A stretch of DNA of 64,000 nucleotides from Mobula hypostoma (taxonomy: Eukaryota): contig NC_086098.1 in NCBI RefSeq assembly GCF_963921235.1, forward strand, positions 8,494,001 to 8,558,000, written 5' to 3'. Below are positions 36,521 through 49,526 of the stretch, in pieces. Both the position numbers and the translations under genes were made by a program. The notes under the pieces are model-generated. The model made no database searches and was not told the DNA's origin. It worked only from the letters and a program-made list of their open reading frames with translations. Position 1 is the stretch's first letter, and each line of letters starts with the position of its first letter.

Positions 36521-36670
36521 TACAAACGTAGTTATTTCAGAACAACATTTTGGAGAGATTAGCACTGAAACAATGATTACATTTCAGATCACAATGTTTC
36601 CATGCAAACTTAAATCATCTATATTGTTACATACCTCAAGGAGATCTTTGATTTTTTTTGGGGAGAATGA

Positions 36671-37500
36671 TGTAATGGTCTTTTGGAGGTCACCTGATGT
36701 AATTTTCCTGCCGATGAGAGGTCACATGATAACATGTGCACCACGGGTATATAAGGGAGGACCCCAGATGATGCAGTTAGTTTTTAGTTTTTAGACTTCC
36801 AGCTAGAATGTACTGTGTCTCCATTTCTGTTGTGTATTTGTTTTTATGACGCAGTTTCATTTTTAAAACGGTTGTATGTTCTGTTGCAAGGTACAATAGT
36901 GTGGACTGGAAATTTTTGCTAGATGTGTTGATGTACCTTATTCCAGCAGTAGTACGGGAGAGTGAAGACTTTATCGAAGTACAGGACCCGAAGGATTGAG
37001 AGGAGTCGGTTTCGTTCGGCAATTTAACAAAGGATCGACCTTATTGAGTCTTCATTGAAGGAGTAGTGACCTGCATCGAAGACAACTCTTGCCAAAAGAG
37101 AAAAGAGTTCATGTGGGATTTGCTCTCTAGAATTTAATATCAGTTGTTTTAAACTGTTTATTTCATGCATTGTGAATCCTTTGGACAGAACCAGCAGGAA
37201 AATCGCATCTATGAAGAAATCCTTCTCCAGAGAAGTCTCTCCCAATTGAACGTATAAATCTTTTGGACATCTGAATTTACCATTTTAAGAACTATATCTG
37301 ACTTTACCGCTTTAAGAACTGTTCTCGTATTTAACGCTTTAAGAACCAGTGCCGAGTGATGATTTGTTGAACGGCTGCATAACGGTTAACTTCCGGTTAA
37401 GGTTTTTGTTTGTTTTTTTTTATTGTTTATCCCTATTTAATAAATGTTTGGACGTTTTTATATAACATGTCTCGATTGATATTCATTGTTGCTGGTTACA
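36671..37500 (+). mobile_element. Probable solo LTR (~830 bp)
   Basis: TGTAA…TTACA termini, TATA box (tatataag near 36748), AATAAA near 37439; TSD not clean. Confidence 0.6.
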
Positions 37501-38599
37501 ATATATATTTTGTTACTGCAGATAATTTGCTAATTATTAAAAATAGTTAAACTTTCTGAAAACCACATAGTTGAACATGGTACAAAGAACTTGTAAGAAA
37601 ATTGCACTAAATTGAAATCACATTTCCATAAGACTCGAAAATTCTATTCAGAGTATAATCCAGGATTACCTTTTGACTGCTCATATTTTCTGTGAATATT
37701 TTTTCCTGTCAATTTGATCACAAGTCAGTTCACTCCTGGGGCAAAGAACAGTCTTCTGTGCAATTGGAAAACCAATAAAAATGCAACAGCATTAAATCCA
37801 TCAAATTAATTGTTTGAATTACAATTAGGAGACAGTTAAACACCCAAAATAGAAATATTTAGTTCAAGTTCAAGTTTATTTTCTTTCACTATGTGTACAG
37901 CCAAATGAAAGAACATATCTCCGGGGCTGAGGTGCAAAACACAGAATTTATATAGTTACAGTCCATCACACACAATAATAATATTAGCACAAATCCCTGA
38001 ATGGCATGGGCTGAACATTGACAGGATGACATGAAGGATGAAGTGCATTTTATGACAGACGGTATAATGTTACTGGCACTATTATAATAAAACAAGCAGC
38101 CGTATAAATATGTGAAAAGCAGCAATAAAAGCTGAAAAGTGACCAGTGCAGGATGGGAGTGTGTCTGTGAGTGTCTGAGAGTTGGGGAGTGACAGGGTGT
38201 ACATATGGACTGGGTGGCAGCAGGGTGTTAAGAAGTTTAACAGCCTGGGAGAAGAAGCTGTTACCCTGCCTGACATTTCTGGCTCTTGCGCTGCAGTACC
38301 TTCTGCCTGACGGCAGGAGGTCAAAGAGATTTTTGGAGGTCTTTGAGAAGTATTAAGGACAAGTTAGTAAACTGCTCATCCAACTGTTAATTAGTTGGGC
38401 TGAACAGCAAAGGAAAAGCTAGGGATGCAATTCATCTGAAAGTTTGGATTCCTCAAAACACCCCCAAATACCCAAATGAAAACAAAAGTAGTTTAAAGCA
38501 CCAGATGGGATAAACTTGTAACAAGATCAGTAGCAAAGTGTCACCAAAAACATATCATCACAACAAAGTCTCCATGGACTACAAAAGTAACCCTGCAGT

Positions 38600-39125
38600 T
38601 AAGTTCAAAGTTCATAGGAAATTTATTATCAAAGTATATATATGTCACCATATACAATCATGTGATTCATTTTCTTGACACATACTTAATAAATCTATAG
38701 AATAATAACCATAACAGAATCAATGAAAGGCCACCTAACTTGGCCATTCAACCAGTCTGCAGGAGGCAGCAAACCTTGAAAATGAGTCCATTGGTTGTGG
38801 TAATGTTTCAGTGATGGGGCAACAGAAGTTGAGTGAAGTTTTCCCTTTTGGTTCAAGAGTCTGATGGTTGAGGAATTAAGCTATGGTTGAGCTATTCCTT
38901 AACCTGGTGATATGAGTCCTGGGGCTCGTGCACCTTCCTCCTAATAGCAGCGGCGAGAAGAGAGCATGGCCTGGGTGATGGAGGTCTCTGACGATGGATT
39001 CTGCTTTCCTACAAGAGTGCTCCATGTAGATGTGCTCAATGGTGGGGAGGGCTTTGCCCGTGATGGGCTGGGCTGGATCCATTACTTTTTGTAGGGTTTT
39101 CCATTCAAGGGCTTTGGTGTTTCAT
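38600..39125 (-). mobile_element. Rex1-type LINE 3' fragment
   Basis: AQPITGKALPTIEHIY…IVRDLHHPGHALFSPL…RTHITRLRNS. Confidence 0.8.
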
Positions 39126-39520
39126 GCATATTCCTTCTGTACATAGCCAGAGATTCTGCCGATCACAAGCAAGAGAAAATCTGCAGATGCTGGAAATCCA
39201 AGCTACACATACAAAATGCTGGGCGAAATCAGTATACCAGGCAGCATCTATGGACAAGATTGTAAGCGCTTTAACATACAAGTGCTTGGAGCCTGGTCCA
39301 ACGAAGCAAGCATTCCGTAGCCTTGATCTCCATTTTATCTGCCTGTCTTGCTACTTTCAGGGATACCCTTCAGTCTTGCTGTTGTAACAACACTCCTCAG
39401 TTTATTGAGCAAGTCCTTCCCTAGTTTAACTTCAAAATCAGAATCAGGTTTCATACCACTGGCTGATGTCATGAAATGTGTTGTTTTGCAGTATCAGTAC
39501 AGTGCAATACATAATGAAAT

Positions 39521-40207
39521 TAGATTATTAGATTAGATTATGAGGACACTCAGTCCTCGTTTATTGTCACTCAGAAATGTATGCATTAAAAAATGATATA
39601 ATGTTCCTCCAGAGTGATATCACAAGAAAACACAGGATAAACCAAGACTAAAACTGACAAAACCACTTAATTATAACATATAGTTACAACAGTGCAAAGC
39701 GATACCATAATTTGATAAAGGACAGACCATGGGCACAGTAAAAAAAAGTCTCAAAGTCCCGATAGCCCCATCATCTCACACAGGTGGTAGAAGGGAGGAA
39801 CTCTCCCTGCCATGAACCTCCAAGTGCAGCCAACTTGCCAATGCAGCACCATTAGAAGCACACGACCGCAGCAGACTCTGAGTCTGTCCGAAAACTTCGA
39901 GCCTCCGACCAGCCCTTCGACACAGCCTCTCTGAGCACCATCCTCTGCCGAGCGCTTCGACCCCGCCCCAGCCGCCGAGCAACAAGCAAAGCCGAGGACT
40001 CGGGGCCTTCCCCTCCGGAAATTCTGGACCACACAGTAGCGGGCAGCAGTGAAGCAGGCATTTCAGAAGTTTCACCAGATGTTCCTCCGTACTCTCACGT
40101 CTGTCTCCATCAAATCAGGATTGTGCACAGCACCCTACTTCACAAATAACAGACATCACCACTGGAGTGGCTGCTGCGAGCTGTGTCGCGCCACCATCTT
40201 CTCCCCC
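39521..40207 (-). mobile_element. Family A retroposon, full-length variant
   Basis: 5' ggggagaagatggtggcgcg; (aatct)n tail; candidate TSD gaaat at 39516-39520 and 40208-40212. Confidence 0.82.
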
Positions 40208-40613
40208 GAAATAAATTACAATTACAATAAGAAATACATGCACACAGTACTATGCAAAAGCTGAGACACATATAGTTAGCCAGGGTGCCGAAGAGCTTTG
40301 CACAGTACCATAGTAACTTTACGTATTGCACTGTACTGTTGCCAGAAAAAAATAACAAATTTCGACATATGTGAGTGATGGTAAACCTGATTCTGATCTG
40401 GGTCTCTATTGTGGACTGAGAGTGGGAAGGAGGCAAGGAGAGAGGAATCATGGTTGAGAAAAGGGAAGGGAGAGAAGAGGGAGAGATATTCTGTACTGAT
40501 CAATAAACCAAACATTTTGAATTAAGTGACCTTGCCTGGTGTCTCACGGCTGGGTATGCCTGCACCCACACCACACACACCCCTCCCCGGTACTCCTTCT
40601 CTGCCACCTGTCC

Positions 40614-40829
40614 TGTAGTAACTTCTACTTTGAAAAAGACAGACTCGACAACTTCATGCCCAAGAAACAACTTTATCTCGAACTTCAAAACCATTATGTA
40701 TATACAGAGGCTTTCACAACCCATACAGCATGGCAGGAACACTATACACAAAGTAACAAGAACGGAAGTAAAACCCCCCATCATCCTAATTAGTGTTAAC
40801 TTATTTTTAATAATGCTCGCATTACAACA
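40614..40829 (-). repeat. 3' LTR (216 bp)
   Basis: Direct repeat of 45038-45269; preceded on the minus strand by PPT aaagggggagaag (40830-40843). Confidence 0.95.
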
Positions 40830-41170
40830 CTTCTCCCCCTTTAAAATCCAACATCCCCAAATGTAAAAAAACTAGGAAATAAAACAGTGGTGTTATTAAC
40901 TTGCGTACCCCTGAAAACTTATAATAATATCTCAGCAAAGGTTTATCAATACAAAATATCTGGAAACATGACAGATTCAACATTCAATCCAACAACAACA
41001 AAGAACTGTCCCGTCAAAGATTCAGTCTGTCAGGAGGTTTACGAGTGCACTGTGATCTGCGCACTACCCCCGGTGACCCAGCAGGCACCGCCGGTGAGGG
41101 TGTTTTGGGTGGGTCTGGTGTTGGGGGCATGAGAGGGGTCTGTGTGTCTGCGTGAGAATGTCCATCCTCC

Positions 41171-43274
41171 TCAGGGCTCAGGGGACCCCGACCCCTCTGC
41201 CAGCGTCTCGCCCTCTGGCAAAGTCACTGGTGGACATGCTTCCACCGTAGTCTGACTCACAAATGGAAACTCCATGGAACTGTCTGCCTCTGAGCCGGTA
41301 TCATGACGCAGGCGCACATGGTCCTGATGTCTGCGGAAAACACGCCCATCAACCAGCTTAGCAACATAGGAGACGGGACCACTCTGCTTAAGAATAACCC
41401 CAGGCAGCCATTGCTGATTGTTTCTCACAAAGACATTGTCATCCGGTTTTAACTGTCTCTCTCACGCATGTTGATCATGTCCCTCCTTCTGCTTTTCCTG
41501 CTTTCTCTCCAGTTTTGCCTTCATGTCCGGGTGCAACAAGTCCAATCTTGACTTGGGCCTACGCCCCATCAGCATCTCTGCTGGAGTGCAGGCGTGAGGC
41601 GGTATTTAAACAGGAAACGTGAAAGCCGCATGCTAAGAGAGTCCCCTGTCATCCGCTTCAGGCCATCCTTCACTGTCTGAACAGCCCGCTCAGCCAAACC
41701 ATTGGAGGCTGGGTGGAAAGGGGCTGTCCAAATGTGACGAATGCCATTCTGCTGCATGAACTCACTGAACAGCTCACTGGTGAACGTCGGGCCATTATCA
41801 GTGACCAGAGTGTCAGGTAGCCCATGGACTGCAAACACTTGCCTGAGTTTGTCTATGGTTGAGGGGGCTGTGATGTTGTTCATGCTGTGAGCTTCGATCC
41901 ATTTAGAACACACATCTACCATTACAAGAAACATCTGCCCATAAAAGGGCCAGCAAAGTCCAAATGTAGCCTAGACCAGGGTGGTCTGGCCACTCCCATG
42001 GATGCAAAGGAGCTGGTGGTGGCATATTCTGATTAGTCTGACATTGCATGCATGATTTTACCTTGTTCTCCAGATCCTGATCTATTCTTGGCCACCAAAC
42101 GTAGGAATTTGCAAGGCTTTTCATTCAAGACACTCCTGGGGGAGTCTCATGAATTTCCTCCACAATCTGTGAATGGCCAGGGGGAGGCACGATGACCCTC
42201 GCCCTCCAGAAAATGCAGCCATCCTGCAGACTGAGTTCTGTCTTGTGTTTGGCATAAGGCCTCAGTTCCTCTCCTTCCACAACTCTGGGCCAACCTTGTA
42301 AAAGAAAAGTCTTGACTTGGGACAGGACTGGGTCCCTCTCTGTCCACTGTCTGATCTGGGTCACCTTTACAGGTGTCTCTGACAGCCTCTCCAATAAAAA
42401 CACAGTCTCTGGAGGCACATATGTAGCAACAGGTGTCTCAGGTGAAGGTATTCAACTCAGTACATCAGCATATACGTTATTCCCACCCGCTCTGTACACT
42501 ATAGTGTACCGGTAGGTTGACAATGCTGTATCCTGGCTGAGGCTAGCGGTGGGATGCATCTATTCTCAAGGAACAGGCTCATCAGTGGTTTATGGTCCAT
42601 ATAAATTTTAAATGCACATCCATAAAGGTACTGATGAAGGCGTTTGACCGCAAAAACAATGGTCAGACCTTCTTCGTCTAGCTGTGCATATTCCTTCTCA
42701 GCAGGTGTCAGGGTACGTGAAGCAAAACCAATGGGCTTCTCTGAATGGTCCTCCATTACATGTGAGAGAACTGCCCCGACTCCATAGGGCGAGGCATCGC
42801 ATGCCAGGGTGATCTCCTTGTCTGGGTCATAGTGAACAAGCAGCTTCGCTGAGTGGAGTTCTTTCACTTCCTTGAAAGCTTTCTCCTGCTCTTCACCCCA
42901 TTGCCACTTAGTGCCATTGTGAAGCAGCTTATACAGTGGGGTCAAAACCCTTGAGAGGTCAGGAAGAAACTTGCCATAATAATTCACCATGCCCAAAAAT
43001 GATCTGAGTTCCGTGAGGGTCTTAGGGCCTCCTTAATGGCTCTCACTTTGTCCTCCACAGGGCAAAGCCCCTCAGCTGTGATCTTGTGTCCCAGGTAAGT
43101 CACACTTGAAGCCAGGAACACACATTTTCCGCGTTTCAACCGTAGCCCTGTGTCTGACAGCCTCTTCAGCACCCATTCTAAATTAGCCAGATGCTCCACC
43201 TCCGTAGCCCCCATGATCAAAATATCATCAAGGTACACTGCTACGTGTGGAATCCCCTGCAGCAAAGTGTCCAT
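41171..43274 (-). pseudogene. Gypsy pol (RT, RNase H, integrase), frameshifted
   Basis: YLDD; LACDASPYGVGAVL; H…H…C..C integrase zinc finger; VTDNGPTF…SNGLAERAVQ. Confidence 0.93.
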
Positions 43275-43280
43275 TGTCCT

Positions 43281-44987
43281 TCAGAAAATGGCGGGACTGG
43301 ATGCCACTCTAAACACCAGGCGATTGTACTTGAATAATCCCTTGTGCATATTAATTGTGACGTACTCCTTTGAATCCTCGTCGAGCAGCAGCTGTTGGTA
43401 GGCGTGGCTCATGTCCAGCTTTGTGAACAGTTTACCCCCTGACAGGGTCGCAAACTGGTCATCCACCCATGGCAATGGGTACTCCTCCAGCCTAGAGACC
43501 TGATTCACCGTAAATTTATAATCCCCACATATCCTCACCGTTTTGTCTGCTTTCAAAACTGGAACAATGGGAGCTGCCCACCTTGAAAACTGGACAGGCT
43601 CAATAATGCCCAGCCTCTGTAAACGTTCCAGCTCCTCCTCAACTTTGCCTTTCATGGCATAGGGCACTGACCTGGGCTTTAAAAAACATGCTGTAGCCTC
43701 AGGGTCGACATGGAGTTTCACTGTCACGCCCTTCAGTGTTCCCAGCTCGTCCCTGAAAACGTCACTGCACCACTGCACAATGCTCTCCATCGTGTGTGCA
43801 TACTTAATTTCATGCCAGTTTAGCTGGATTTTGCGAAGCCAATCGTGACCCAGAAGACTAGGCCCCCTGCCCTTAGCTATGACTAGCCTGGCTTCAGCCT
43901 TCTGACTCCCGGCTGAAATGTCCACATATAACACCCCTAAATGAGGTATGGGCTGCCCCGTATAGGTCCTAAGTTTGAGCTTTGATGGTCTAATGGGAGG
44001 CAGGTTGGACCCCCATGTCCTCCTGTAGGTCTCCTCACTAATGACCGATGCAGTAGCCCCTGAATCAATCTCAAACTTAATGTCCTTTCCCCTGACAGTG
44101 ACTGTGGCATAATATGGTTCAGGTGGTTCCTCATCTGTTTCCACTGCAAACATGTTGTAGGCACATGCTGCCTCTTCATCTGCTTCTTCTAGATGGTGTG
44201 TGGCTGCCTGAGCCTGTCGAGCTTTCCCCCGCCCAGGCTTAATCTTACCCTTTGAACTCCTGCACTTTTTAGCTAAATGTCCCTTTTTGCTACTAGCATG
44301 GCAGACAGTGTCTTTGAATTTGCAATCATTTGCATAGTGTGTCCCTCCACACCGGAAACATTCCACCCGCTTTGCCTGTTTACCAGTCTCCCTCCTGACT
44401 TGGTGCACTGCCGCCGACTGTGACCCCCCATGTCCTTTCTGGATATCCTTGACATTATTAGCAGCCGTCTCCATGCCTTGAGCAATCTCTAAGGCTCTCT
44501 TGAAAGTCAACGGTGGGGTTTCCCCTAATGGGCGGCGTTGTATGCCGTCATTATTAATGCCGCATACCAATCTATCACAGAGCATGACATTCAACACCGC
44601 TCCGAAATCACAATGCTCTGACAGCTGCCAAAGCTCGGCCACAAAATTGGCCACAGACTGACCTGGCTTCCTGAAACAGCTGTGAAACTTACACCGCTGG
44701 ACTATCACAGAAGGTTTCGGATTGTAGTGGTTCCCCACGAGTTTGACTAGTTCGTCATATGGAATGTCCCCTGGTTTCCGTGGTATGGCTAAATTCCTTA
44801 TTAGCTTATAAGTCTTCACCCCACACACACTCAGGAGAATAGAGCGCTTCTTAGCCTCCTCAGTAATTCCATTAGCACAGAAAAAGTGTCCCAACCTTTC
44901 CTCATACTCCGGCCAGTCCTCGTTTCCTTCCAGAAACTCACCGATAGTTCCAAACGTCGTCATCTGAAACGCGAAGCTCCTGTTCAA
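43281..44987 (-). pseudogene. Gypsy gag-protease-RT N-terminal ORF (568 aa)
   Basis: Two CCHC-type knuckles (CFRCGGTHYANDC; the second degenerate), protease FEIDSGAT, RT WAAPIVPV…RICGDYK. Confidence 0.93.
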
Positions 44988-45037
44988 AAAAACATGCCGA
45001 TACGTTCACAAACCAGTTCACCTCGTTGCCAAAAATA

Positions 45038-45269
45038 TGTAGTAACTTCTACTTTGAAAAAGGCACACTTGACAACTTCACGCCCAAGAAACAACTTTAT
45101 CTCAAACTTCTAAACCGCTATGTATATACAGAGGCTTTCACAACCCGTACGGCATGGCAGGGACACTATATACAAAGCCCACCGGAAGCAAAAAGAATGG
45201 AAGTAACCCCCCCCCCCCCATTATCCTAATTAGTGTTAACTTACTTTTAATAATGCTTACATTACAACA
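45038..45269 (-). repeat. 5' LTR (232 bp)
   Basis: Followed on the minus strand by PBS-like tggcaacgagg (45021-45031). Confidence 0.95.
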
Positions 45270-46287
45270 TGTCCCACAACACTCCCACAGTGCTCCCCCT
45301 CACTATTTCCAAGATCCTTTGCTCCCAGCAGATTTATAAGCTCGCTATGTGCTCCACATTACTGTGCAAAAATCTGAGGCATCTTAGCTATGTATGTGTG
45401 CCTATAAAAAGTATTCATCACCCCTGGAAGTTTTCATGTTTTATTGTTTTACAACATTGAATCACAGTGGATTTAATTTGGCTTTTTGGCACTGATCAAC
45501 AGAAAAGACTCTTTTTAGTCAAACTGAAAACAAATTTCTACAAATTGGTGAATATGTATTACAATTATTAAACACAAAATAATTGATTGCATAATTACTC
45601 ACCCCCTTCAAGATAGTAGATGCACCTTTGGCAGCAATTACAGCCTTGAGTCTGTGGGGATAGGTCTCGATCAGCTTTGCACCTTTGGACACTGCAAATT
45701 TTACCCATTCTTCTTACAAAACTGCTCAAGCTCTGTCAGATTGCATGGGGATTGTAAATGAACAGCCACAAGTTCTCAATTAGGTTGAGGTCTGGACTCT
45801 GACTTGGCTCTCCAGAGTATTTACTTTGGTGTTCTTAAGCCATTCCTGTGTAGCTTTGACTTTATGCTTGGGGTCATTGTCTTGCTGGAAAACAAATCTT
45901 TTCCCAAGTGGCAGTTCTCTTGTAGACTGCATCAGGTTTTCCTCCAGGATTTCCCTGTATTTTGCTTCATTCATTTTACCCTCTGCCTTCACAAATCTTC
46001 CAGGGCCTGCTGTAGTGAAACATCACCACAGCATGATGCAGCCACCACCATGCTTCACAGTAGGGATGGTGAGTTTTAATGATGTGCAGTGTTTAGCTTA
46101 CAACAAACATGGCATTTAGTCTGATGTCCAGAAAGCTCAATTTCAGACAGTAAAACCTTCTTCCAGCTGACTTAGAGTCTCCCACATGCCTTCTAGCAAA
46201 CTCTAGCCAAGATTTCATGTGAGTGTTTTTCCCCAACTGTGGTTTTCTCTTTGCCACTCTCCTATAAAGCTGAGATGCAAAGCTGGA

Positions 46288-46676
46288 AATCTTATAGAAA
46301 CATAAAATTATGAAGGGGATAGATAAGATAGAGGCAGAAAAGTTGCTTCCACTGGTAGGTGAGACTAGAACTAAAGGACATAGCCTCAAGATTCAGGGGA
46401 GTAGATTTAGGATGGAGATGAGGAGGAACTGCTTTTCCCACAGAGTGGTGAATCTGTGGAATTCTCTGCCCAATGAAGCAGTGGAGACTACCTCAGTAAA
46501 TATATTTAAGACAAGGCTGGATAGATTTTTGCATGGTAGGGGAATTAAGGTTTATGGGAAAAGGCAGGTAGATAGAAATGAGTCTATGGCCAGATCAGCC
46601 ATTCATCTCATTGAATGGCAGAGCGGGCTTTGACAGGCCAGATGGCCTAACCCTCTTCCTAACTTTTATGTTCTTA
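46288..46676 (+). mobile_element. CR1 3' fragment nested in Tc1
   Basis: KGIDKIEAEKLLP…RVVNLWNSLP. Confidence 0.88.
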
Positions 46677-47355
46677 GGTGAAGCATCCAGGCAATAGGTG
46701 TATGCACAGTCTCTCCCATCTCGGCTACTGAAGCTTGTAACTCCTCCAGAGTTGTTATAGATCACTTGGTGGCCTCCCTCACTAGTCCCCTTCTTGCACA
46801 GTCACTCAGTTTTTGAGGTCGGCCTGCTCTAGGCAGATTTACAGTTGTGCCATATTCTTTCCATTTCTTGATGATTGACTTAACTGTACACCAAGGGGTA
46901 TTCAGTGACTTGGAAATTTTCTTGTATCCATCTCCTGACTTGTGCTTTTCAACAACTTTTTCACAAGAGTTGCTTGGAGTATTCCTTTGTCTTCATGGTG
47001 TAGTTTTTGCCAGGATACTGAATAACCAGCAGTTGGATCTTCCAGATACAGGTGTATTTTTACTACAATCAATTGAAACACCGTGACTGCACATAGATGA
47101 TCTTCATTTAACTAATTATGTGACTTCTAAACCAATTAATGATTTGGTGTGTCATATTAAAGGGGGTGAATACTTATGCAATCAATTATTTTGTGCTTTA
47201 TATTTGTAATTAATTTAGATCACTTTGTAGAGATCTGTTTTCACATTGACAGGAAAGAGTCTTTTTTTCTGTTGATCAGTGTCCAAAAAAAGCCAAATTA
47301 AATCCACTGTGATTCAATGTTGTAAAACAATAAAACAGGAAAACTTCCAAGGGGG

Positions 47356-47476
47356 TTTTGGCCCAAAATGTTGACTGTGCTTTTTTCCATAGATGCTGCC
47401 TGGTCTGCTGAGTTCTTACAGCATTTTGTGTGTGTTGCTCAGATTTCCAGCATCTGCAGATTTTCTCTTGTTTGTA
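47356..47476 (+). mobile_element. Short Penelope 3'-end copy inside the right Tc1 inverted repeat
   Basis: Flanked by aaggggg at 47349-47355 and 47477-47483. Confidence 0.8.
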
Positions 47477-47639
47477 AAGGGGGAGGGGGGAATACTTTTT
47501 ATAGGCACTGTAAACTAAATCAAACAAGGAGTGCAAAAAGAGAACAAGAAGCAGAAAAAAATACATAGTACAATATCCTTCCAGAAATCTGATGGCAGAG
47601 GAGATAAAGCAGTTCCTGAAATGTTGAGCGTGTGGTTAA

Positions 47640-48340
47640 ATTGAGTTGTTCTCCAATCTTGGTAATTTACTTACAAATGTTTCCTCAGCTTATGAGGAGA
47701 CTTCGTTAGTGTGCTGGTGATTGTGGTGTCTCCTCCAAATGCTTGGCTTTATCTACTTATCAATCAGCTGATTTGGTTGTCATATCAGAGACTTGGTTGT
47801 GATGTGGGGAAGAAGTCTCCCTACTGATCGGCTGTGTGGCAAACCTCGTGCATTGTGGTCTGAAAGTTTGCCCACATCGTTTCATAAACAGATCAAGGTC
47901 TGCATGTTTGTTTACAGAATTGTTCACGGGAAACCATATTTATAGGAAATCTCTTGCATGCCATGTGTTTGCTTGCGCCATGACTTTCACTGATGCCCAG
48001 TCAAATTTGCACCCCTCTCGATCTCCATGGGTGGAGACCAGGGAGAGTTGGTCATGCCACTTTACAGCCAGTTGATGTTCATGGATCCTTGTGGATATTT
48101 TTCTCCCAGTTTGGCCGACGTAATATTTGTTGCAGTCCCCGCAATGAATTTTGTAGACCACGCTGGTTTTGTCTCATAGCTTAGTTCGTTCTCTTGGTCT
48201 GCAAAGCCCTCTCCAGTGCTGGTTTTGGCTTGAATGCGACTGAAATTCTAAGTTCTTGGACCTGTTGGGCTGCCATTTCCAAGATATTTTGAATGTATGG
48301 AGTGCATGTCTTCATGCTCCTGCATCTACAGCAGCAATGA
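47640..48340 (-). mobile_element. Second, distinct Penelope-like family (GIY-YIG fragment)
   Basis: VYKIHCGDCNKYYVGQTGRKISTRIHEH…FDW. Confidence 0.85.
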
Positions 48341-48774
48341 GAAACGAGCATCCAAAAATACATCACTTTGCACTCGTTCAAGTTTAAATTCCATTACTGG
48401 CAACAAGTGGGCCAGTTCAATACTGAATTCTTTACACTGTGTTCAGGACTGAGAGAATGTGAAAAGTTAAGGTCATCCAAAAATATAATTTACTCCATGA
48501 ATGGTCCCAGACAGCATGGAAAAATTAAAACCTGTTAATTAGTTGCAACCAAAGCATTCACCCATGAAATGGCATCATGCCGTGCTTTAATTCATTTTAC
48601 GTAGATCTCTAGGGATCGAGGATCTCCAGGGAGCTATTTTACCTTCATTTACTCTGCACATGCATGTTTAAAACTACTCTATTTACCTACCTGCTAGAAA
48701 GCTGTGATGATATTACAGCACCTGATTTTAGCTGATTTTCCTAAGCAACTGACAACACACCAGCTTAAAGCTTA

Positions 48775-49400
48775 AGTCTGCAGGTGCTGGAAATCCAGAG
48801 CAGCACACACAAAATACTGGAGGAACTCAGCAGGTCAGACCGCATCGACGTTAACATTTCAGACTGAGACCCTTCTTCAGGACTGGAAAGGAGGTGGGAG
48901 GATACTAGAATAAAAAGGTCGGAGAAGGGGAAGGAGGATGGCTAGAAAGAGAGAGGTGAAGCCAGGTGGGTGGGAAAGATAAATGGCCGGAGAGGAAGGA
49001 ATCTGATAGGTGTGGACCATAGGAGAAAGAAAAGGAAGAGGAGGCCCAGGAGAAGGTGATAGACAGGTGAGAAGAGGTAAAAGGCCAAAGTGGTGAATAG
49101 AAGAAGAGGGCAGAAGAAGGAAAGAAGTTTTTTTACCAGAGGGAGAAATTAATATTCGTACCATCAGGTTTGGAGGGTACCCAGATGGAATACAAGGTGT
49201 TGCTCCTCCACCTGGGTGGCCTCATCTTGGCACAAGAGGAGGCCATGGACCAACATGTCAGTACAGGAATGGGAATTAAAATATTTGGCCACCGGGATGT
49301 TCTGCTTTAGGCGGTTGGAGCAAAGGTGCTCAATGAAGTGGTCCCCTAATTTATGACGGGTCTGTAGAGGAGGCTGCATCAGGAGCACCAGACACAATAT
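48775..49400 (-). mobile_element. Penelope 3' part, old
   Basis: LGDHFIEHL…EEQHLVFHLGTLQ; decayed hammerhead near 48850-48885. Confidence 0.8.
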
Positions 49401-49526
49401 ACGGCTCCACCAGATCAAAGCAGAGAACAAAGTTCGCAGAAAGAGCATTGCATCCTTGCAACCAACTGTTCTGTACACATTAACGTGAATTGATAGAGAA
49501 ATAGAGCTGTACGAGATGATAAGAGG

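Larger units (their letters stand above)
40614..45269 (-). mobile_element. Complete Gypsy/Ty3 LTR retrotransposon (Mag-like), decayed
   Basis: Two TG…CA LTRs, 5-bp TSD tgtcc (40609-40613 / 45270-45274), PBS, PPT, gag-PR-RT-RH-INT domain order. Confidence 0.97.
45398..47510 (-). mobile_element. IR/DR-type Tc1 transposon, degenerate, with two nested insertions
   Basis: ~210-bp inverted repeats (gtgcctataaaaagtattc… / …gaatactttttataggcactg TA); transposase GKMNEAKYREILEENL…FVFQQDNDPKH. Confidence 0.92.
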
